From the human T2T-CHM13v2.0 reference genome, Homo sapiens: 64,000 bases of DNA. The translations under genes and the position numbers were made by a program. The notes beneath the pieces were generated by a model. The model had not been told where the DNA came from and did not search any database. It saw nothing but the letters and a program-made list of their open reading frames with translations. The DNA is taken from assembly GCF_009914755.1 (NCBI RefSeq), contig NC_060925.1. One strand, 5' to 3'. Below are positions 54,140 through 64,000 of the stretch, one piece after another. Position 1 is the first letter of the stretch. Each line of letters begins with the position of its first letter.

Positions 54140-55230
54140 GTTTAGGAAAAAAACAAATTGTTCCATTCACTATACTCTCATAATATGCTTCTGACACCAG
54201 ATATGTGGGGAATTTTTCCCCACACAAGCAAGCAATCAATTCTGCAGCAGACACCAGCTGGGTGTCCTCCCATTCTACCCTGACTGCCAGGAGAGAGTGC
54301 TTCAGACACCAGTTGCAAGTCTCAGGTTGTTTTTCCTGTACTTCTGACCCACCAGCTATAAATCAGGGTTCCCACGACCTCCTCCTTAGATTCAATTAAT
54401 TTGTTAGAGTGGCTCGCAGAACTCAGGGAAACTCTTATGTTTACCAGTTTATTATAAAGAATATTACAAAGGATGCAGATAAAGAGACGCTTGGGGTAAG
54501 GTATGGAGAAAGGGGCATAGCGTTTTCATGCCCTCCCTAGATGGAACCTCCCAGCATTCTGGAAGCCACTGGGTTCTGGAACCTCCCAGTGTTCTTTTCA
54601 TGCCCCCTTCTAGGAACCTCCCAATGTTCTGGAAGCTACCCAAACTTCATCCTCTTGGATCTTTTATGGAGACTTCACCAAGTAAACATAATGGAAGCAT
54701 GGCCAACTGTGTAGATATATGATTGGGCAAAAAGGAAATGATCTAATACTAATAGGCTGAGTGGGAAAACCCAGAAAGGCTGTCCGTTTAGGTTTTTCTT
54801 GGCCTCTCTGTGCAGCCTTCCTTCCACCTGGCTATGGGGCAGGACCCCTTCCGAAATGGGAGCCTTATGACCTACAATCAGACAAAACAGGTCAGAGACT
54901 TTACTTCTGGGCAGCGCTAAGACAGAAAGGCAGAGGAATATTCCTGCCTTGGGGAGAAAAAGAGGTGAAAGAGGGCAGGAGAAGGTCTGAGAGAGGAATT
55001 CTGTTTTCTGAGGCCTGCTTTCGAGGCCTAAAGTGCCCCAACATGATAACAAAACACTGTCTTTCACTTTTGTTGCTCTGAAGCTGTTCTGAAACCAATT
55101 CAGGAACCAAGGACAAAAGACCAAATGCTTTAACAAAAGTTATGCTTATTGTTTCAGTCACTTAGGAAATAACAAGGGCTGTGAGAGTTATGATCCAGGA
55201 ACCATGAACAAAAATGGATATACATATGGA
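54140..55230 (-). mobile_element. MER21-like LTR
   Basis: CTTCTGACACCAGATATGTGGGG, GACACCAGCTGGGTGTCC, CAGAACTCAGGGAAAC. Confidence 0.8.
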
Positions 55231-55525
55231 GTTGTAGTAGAGATAGGATTTTCCTTAGCAGCCCCGTTCTACTACATAACTGTAAGACTCCATGGCTGGG
55301 CCATCACTCCTCTGGGGCTACCTTGAGAGATATCACTGTTTCTTCATGGTGGATTTTAGGACTCCATTGAGAACTGCTGCTTTTGCCAAGACCCTGCTAC
55401 AGTTACATTCTAGGTCTAGGTCCTTGATTATCTCTGAAAACAGTTTATCATCCCTAGCAACTGGCCTTCCCAGTGTCCGGCCTTCCCAGTGTTCTGCCTT
55501 GAAATTGGTCATAAATTATTTCTAA

Positions 55526-55939
<414 letters not shown>

Positions 55940-57880
55940 TCTTTGGTCTCATATTTAATGAGGGTTGCCCAGCAGCTGAGTTGGGGCCGTGTTGACAGGT
56001 TGACTTTCTCAGCTGGGCTGCATGTTTCCTAAGGGTGACGACAGTGTCTGTTTCTATCTCTGTGTTTCCCCCCCCAGCACCTCAGATAGTTGGGCATGCA
56101 GCTGAGCTTCTGAGACATTAGTCAATATCCTTCTTTCTAGGACTTGAGTTTGGGATATTGGAGCTATTTTGCATTTTGCCTACCATCTCTCCTTTCTTCT
56201 TCCCGTAACACTTCATTTGATTTACAAGATAGTACATTAGATATTTGACTTTTGCTTACAGTTCCAGGGAAGCAGAGGTTGGCTGGTGGCAGATGGATAA
56301 TACTTTCACCATACTGCAATATTTATAATTTAACATTGGCACTCATGTACCTAGTATTTGCAAAAGGGAATTTTGAAACTGTGGAATCAATTCACCGAAC
56401 ACTAAAATAATTAATCATTTTATCACTATTGTTTTTCTAACAACAAATGGATACTTTTTCAGTGTTTCTACACGGATAAGAAAAAGCATATATTTTGTAT
56501 ATATAAAAAAAGCATATATTTTGTGTATATAAATAGTGATAATTTGCAAAATGAGCACCCAAAAGCAGTGTTAAACGAAGAATCTTCCAGCAGATTTTAA
56601 CTGAGGCACTTTCTCCTTTTTGTGGCCAGAAGCCTTGCATCAAAATCAGTAAAAGATAATAATTGAGTTCTTAATTACAGCACTAAATATAGCAAAGTGT
56701 ATTTTCTGTTAGAAAGCATGTAATTCAAATTAAAAAATAAAATATAATTTCACCTCCCTTTAGCATTTTATCCTGTGCATTTAGGGTAAGAAAAAGGCCA
56801 CTCTCACTACATAGGTTTTCCTCAAAGTAATTTTTGACATTTAACCACAAAAATGTGTAAAGGTTTTATCTGAATCTTCCTCTATATTGTAATAATTTGG
56901 AAATATTATAAAAGTAGTCATGCCACCCTCAAGATACCTAAAGAAGCAAACTCTTAATGCAACTCAATTACCCTATATTTGGGGTTGTAATTGAGAATGA
57001 AATTGATTCCATTTTGTGTTCTGGAAATTTGTGCAACAAATTTTATTACAGATCAAGACATCTTTATTTTATAATAGGTAAGAACACAGACAAATTTCTG
57101 TATTAGTCACCATACATTTTACTAAATCTTCTAGACAGCACTTCATAGAATTGCTGTTATATTTTTTCCTGCCAATCCAAAAAGTCATTTCTAATTATTA
57201 AGAGATTGCCATGCTCATTCAGGTAACAGCGTTACACAGTTAACTTAAAAGATTATTTTCAAGAAAATAAATGTATTTAAACATTTTCCAGGGTTGTTGC
57301 TACGTTTATTAATTCTCTAAAATTATATATACATACTTCAAGCATTCTCAAAGGAAACATATTTTTTGTGCCGTTTAAGAGGTTCTAAGCATATCACATT
57401 CCCAACTCTACCCATTCTAATTTGATCTATTACAACATGGGTTCTTAACTTGAGGTCCAGGAACTAGAATTCAGGAGGTTTGTGGGCATGGATGGGTTAT
57501 TTTCCCTGGCCTGCAACCAAAATGTATTACTTCTTTCAGTTGTGAATCAGTCAACAAACCACCAGAGAAATGGAGGAAGCCATTGTTGACCATTATGGCT
57601 ACCTGCCTTAGGCCTTTGCAGCTCCAAAGATGACACTGCCTTTTTTTTTTAAGGCCAATATTTACTTGGGAAATTTTCTGTATGTTCCACAGCATAGCAA
57701 TTCTTACTGTTTAGTCATTTTAGGTCACCAGTTAGCCTTCTGTGTCTGGGAATTTGCTGCTCAGAGCTCTTCTAGTGAGTGCCTTTATCTGCTCAAACAG
57801 CTCAGGGCATTGTCTTACTGCACTGTCCCACTCTACCCATCAGCTGCTATCCAGCAGCTGGGATAACAGTCTTCACTAAA

Positions 57881-58584
<704 letters not shown>

Positions 58585-59589
58585 TTTGAACATGACAGAC
58601 GATGAATCATATCCAAATATGATATTGTACAAATCCAAAACTTGAAGATTAAACATCCTTCTCCTCAAAGTCACATTTCACCATCTTCTGCCTCAAGTTC
58701 CAGTGGTGAAAGTAAGTTTCTTTCCTTTTATATAAAATGAGAGTGACCTTTTTTCACCTTATTCATGTCTGGAATTATCATCCCATATTTAAAGATTCAG
58801 TAATATGCTCTGATATTTAATGCAGGGGTTACTCTAGAGCCTATCATCACTTAGAATTATGGAAAAAGTAGTAGAGGTTTTAAAATCTTAGTGTTCTCTT
58901 ATGCCACCTGCACTACTGACAGCGAGAAGAAGGAAGCAGAAGATATATGAATGTACATCATGACATTAATTTTGCCTTTTACTTCACATAAAAGACCAAA
59001 TTATCTGCAATGATTTGTACATTTCAATGAATATTTTTCTTTCTGTTGCACATTTAACATTGTTTGGAATTTGGGACCAATGCAATAAGACACAAAACAG
59101 AGACATTAATATATAGTCTAATTATTGGAAAGCTTTAAAGAAATTATCTCCTTTGCAGATGGCACAATTGTATACCAAAAGAATAATTACAACAAATTCC
59201 AAGGGAATCAATGGAAATTTCGTGATTAATTATTGTTTGATAACAACTTATAATACACAAGAATTAATAGCTTTCTAGTTTATTTGCTATAACTCATTAG
59301 AAATATAATAGAAAAATAATTAATGTGTCTCAAGGTAGCTACAAATACAAAGTTGTAAGATTAAGTTCATAAAGAAACATGTAAGACAACCATGAGGAGA
59401 GCAGCATAATTGATATGAATTATACAATTCTTAAATTCTTTCAAATTGTATATTTAATGTGATACAAATTAAAGTATGATTGTAATTTTGAAAAATGATT
59501 CAGTTTTTATTTTCTGGAAAAGTGATAAGGCAAAAATATACTTTAAAATTTTTGAAAAAAGAATAAATAGAAGATGGTAATGAATATCT

Positions 59590-59966
59590 TAGTTGCTAAA
59601 TTTTCTGGTTCCTCTAGGCACATAGTTCAACTTCACTTTCTAAATTTATTTTAATTATGTGTAGCCATATGACATGTTTTGTTTATCGAAGTGTGAATGC
59701 AAATGATGTAGGTTACCCATAAGTGGATGCTTAAAGGGCTGATGTATAATTCACCACGTTCACGTTATCCTTCTAGGATGATTGTAGAAGTCCATTTAAA
59801 GATGGAGCCCCATCAGACTGAGTTCTTAAGTGACTATACTCTTCAGAGCCTTGTGACAATGTGTATTTGACATGGAGTGCAAACAACAAATGAATTTTTT
59901 TATTGTGATAGGTCATAGGTCACTGTTTTATACTACAGCATAACCTTGCCTATCTTGATTGATGCT
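59590..59966 (+). mobile_element. MLT1J-like LTR
   Basis: GTAGCCATATGAC..., ends ACAGCATAACCTTGCCTATCTTGATTGAT. Confidence 0.55.
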
Positions 59967-62606
59967 AGTGAAATACTTCCTTTCTGTTAATTAAGGGAGT
60001 ATAATCATGCAACAATTTGAAGACCAGCATTTGAGTGCAATAACTTACAGAGCAAGGAAATAACATTGATGACTCTTACACATACACATGTATAAAATTT
60101 GAATATTTCAAAAATATAAAATATATATTGATGTGGGGTGGAGGTGTTCAATGAATAATGCTGAAGCTGCTGTTTATTTAAAGAAAAAACTCCAGATCTT
60201 AAATTTGTAAAACAGTGCAAGCTAACATTGTCTGAGAACTCATTCTGTGTTCATTTCTGTTCTCTGTACATTACATGTATGTATATTTTCATGTAAAATT
60301 CAGAATCATCACAAAGAGAGCTAATAACGACATGTATATTTCACATATGAGGAAACTGAGGTACTGAGAGTTACATATTTGGCAAGGACACACAGGTGAT
60401 ACTTTTAGAGGTTAAATTATTGGAAATAACCTTTAAAATATAAGAATAAGGACATTAAAAAATATTGTGACAAATGAAGACTTCTTAAGATTAACAGCAT
60501 GAAAATAGTCATAGAAGAAAAGAGAGACGATAACATAAAAATGATTCCAAAATGTTTAAACAAAATTAAAATTTGAAGATAAAGATGGAAAAAAATCTAA
60601 CAGTATAATTTTAAGTACTTAAATGTGCAAAAAACACTTTCTAATTAATGAAAAGCAAATTAAAAATCAAAAGCATGTAAAATGTTCAATTGTACTAATA
60701 ATAAAAATGTCAATAGATCAGAAATGCCATTTTTACTAATGTTATGTGAAAAATATTTCAAAATGATAAAATGCTGTTTATCCATATAACAATATTGCTT
60801 AATGCTTAAGTAATTATTTCAAAAAGGTTTTTTAATATAGGAAATTGTATTATAATAATCAACAAAATAATATATGTTTAAAAATGTAGAAACAACATAT
60901 GAAATGTGCATATGGGAATGTGTTTATATATATTGGAATAAATGCCTAAGTATTAGTGGGAATTATTTCTTGGAGTATAGTTAATAGCCAATTATTATCC
61001 CTATATTGTTTTTGTTTTCCTAACACTCTTCAATGAATATATATTATTTTCTTTGCAGAAAAATAGATGATGTTGATTTAAAATATCAAATAGTGAAGGT
61101 ATTTTCAAATTAATCTGAACAAAGTTCAAATCTCTTTATAATTATCTCTTCATAATTCTCTGAATTATCTCTTCATAATTCATACATTCATACATTCATT
61201 CATAATTCAACATTCATTTGGTTTCTGAAGGACTTTTGGCTGTGAGAGATTTTCTAAATCTCCGTCATTTGTGACTACGTAAAATATGAGAGACTAGAAA
61301 AGGAGCCAGAAGTAGTATTTGGTTGCCGTGTCAGAATTGATGAAAAAAGTAAGCAGCAATGTTACTTGAAGAGTGGGGACGAAAAACAAAAAACAAGAAT
61401 GTTATCTTTATAGACTCTCATATGCCTTCAGATATTTGTGGAAAGATGCGTATGGGCACAGCAAAGCCCTGAAAGAGAAATCAGTCCAGTAAAATGAAAG
61501 AATGACAAACTGGAATTCAGGTGCTCTGGATGCTAATCCCAATTCCGATTCCTCAGCCATGGAACTTGGAGCAGTCATTTTCTTTCTGTGGACCCGGGTC
61601 TTCACACCCATAAAGTGAGAATCCGGGGAACTAGTTATCTTTATGATTCGTTCCTGCTCTAAAATTCTTCTAGGTCAGTAATTACGTTTTAAAAATAAAT
61701 AAAGAATGAAATTTCAATTTTACGTCCAGTATCTGATAAAATAACCTTCATGGTAATAGCTGGATTCTGAAGTATGTTTTACGTTTAACGTAGGATAGTA
61801 AAAGTCAAGAACATTGAGCTACAGCACATGGCTTTGAATTAATATTTTTAAAACTTCTTTTCAATTATGTATAGCAAACCAAACAAACGGAAACAAAACC
61901 CTCCTGCCAAAATATGGTGTCTTGGGCCTGGTCACTAAAAGTTAGGTAAAACAAGTAAATATTTTTAAATGTACTTAAGCACTTTCTGTTAATCTAAAAA
62001 AAAATGTGCATTTATTTAGACATTATTTGATAAAGAAAAAGATTTTTCTTTGAACAGGAGTTCTACAATTTGAGTTTTGTCTTTATTGCAAAAAACATAT
62101 TTAATGGTGATTATCTGTGAATTTCAGTTTCAGTGAATTTAAAACATCTTCACAACACTTTCAGCCTTAAGCATAGAAACCATTTCAATTTGTATTTTCC
62201 CCATCTTTTCCAGTCATCTTCTTCACTCTTAATCTGACTACAGTTTCGTTTACCAAGTCACCATTATTCTCTTTTCAGAACTCAATTTTTATAGAAACAA
62301 CCATTTTTTATTGCATTGGTTTAAATAAAATTTATTTAAATAATCTCATTAGAATAATAACTATTACAAGTATCGTAAGTATGTTTTATGAAAACACAGT
62401 AAACTGACTATTGGTAAATCAGTGGGAAGCAACAATGTGCTGGGACACTAGAAAGTGGCCTACTAATTCTGAGCGTTCCACACAGCCCTGAGAGTGAAAT
62501 CAGAAACACAACCATTTTGAAAATACAATGCTATGTGCAGCCATAATTCCATCTTACTGAGAGAAAAGGGAGTGCCAGGGAATCTGGCATGTCAGTTAAG
62601 TGATGA

Positions 62607-62855
<249 letters not shown>

Positions 62856-64000
62856 TAGAGTTAATGTGTAATTCATAAGAAAGAACAGTCTTCAAAATAT
62901 TTCAGGCTAGATGATTCTAAGTGCCAGATTTCATTAGATGTATGAATCAGAATTAAGTGCAAATCAGCTTCCAGTCAGAAAATTTTGAACAGCGTGGTGA
63001 ACATCACCACTCAGGTTGTGTGTAATCATGACTTTCAAGGTAGTATATTTACTTCTGAAAATAGTGTCATAACACAACCTACCTAAGAACATAATCCTCT
63101 TCATCATCTTAGTCACAGTGTAGCACTTAGCATGCACAATTATTCTCAAATCATATTTTCGATATTGAAATGACCTACTAACATATGTCAGCTGAAAATT
63201 CACTTTGTAATTCTCACAACCAAAAAAAAAAAAAATGAATCCATAGGGAAGATGATCAAAATGGAGAAAAGCAATTAATCTGTATGTATGAAATGCTCAT
63301 CTAAAAGCATTTGGCAAAGTATACCCTACATTTCCGGGAGTGAGGAACTTTGAATCAGGGCATAGTAATAGTTTGGGATAGAGTCCAGGTGTATCTGACT
63401 CATTATGAGAAAAGTACGAGTCATTGAAAAAAAATTTTTTCACCTCTATTCACCTACTTATACTGGAGAAAATATTGATCTCTTGCTTAGGATTATTGTG
63501 TGTCTTGATAGTAAAAATGAAAAGAAAGTATTTTGAAAATAAAGGGTTATGGACATTTTGACAATTTTCAGGGTTGAATTTGTAAGACCTGCAGAAGAAT
63601 TTTAAAAAATAGATTTTTAAATATAAATAAAGCTAATTTATCTTTTAAAATTGGAAGGACGTTTAATAGAAAAATAAAATTTCAAAATATAAAAATTTAG
63701 CATTCATAAAAAAGTTTTCTTATTATGATGTTTATTTAAAATAATGGCTAATTTGACATCATTAAATACTGGAATATATTAACGTATAATACAAGCATCT
63801 CTAAAATTTTAATGTTAAAGTTCAACAGACATTTACTGAATGCCAACTGTATGAAGTTTATTATCCTAGTTATCTGAGAAACACAGATAAATAAGGCATG
63901 GTCACTGTTCTTAATTAGCTTATAATGGATATTATAGAGTCAAATTATCTGTTTAAAATTATTATCTGGATCTCAGCTGTCTAGTTAAAGCAAAGCAACC

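Noticed and set aside
53730-55136. Longest ORFs in the right half (174 and 153 aa)
   Set aside because: Lie within LTR33-like and MER21-like LTR sequence
61140-61215. 19-bp direct repeat AATTATCTCTTCATAATTC and CATT-rich run
   Set aside because: Ordinary slippage-derived low-complexity sequence

Overview
Primate, most likely human, AT-rich genomic DNA with no CpG island and no intact protein-coding gene that I recognise. Bases 1-5460 are a plus-strand HERV-H provirus cut by the window edge. It includes the last 17 nt of the 5' LTR, a tRNA-His PBS, the leader splice donor, an expanded 21-bp leader VNTR, dead gag/pro/pol with RT and env deletions, a PPT and a complete 402-bp LTR7. The remaining ~58 kb is a layered transposon landscape: about 14 Alu/FAM copies, a TSD-flanked L1PA 3' end, MaLR and ERV1 LTRs, MER5/MER63, and L2/MIR/L1M debris. 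The signals most worth follow-up are (1) a minus-strand cluster of tiny candidate exons at 28.8-32.0 kb in unique sequence, which may be an unannotated lncRNA or decayed micro-exon gene; (2) a systematic Trp-to-stop G>A scar in the provirus; (3) a MER50-like LTR carrying an internal tRNA-His PBS-like motif; and (4) several unusual Alu structures and enhancer-like motif clusters. Family and subfamily names are from memory of consensus sequences, not from a search. I cannot confirm any new biological system from sequence alone.
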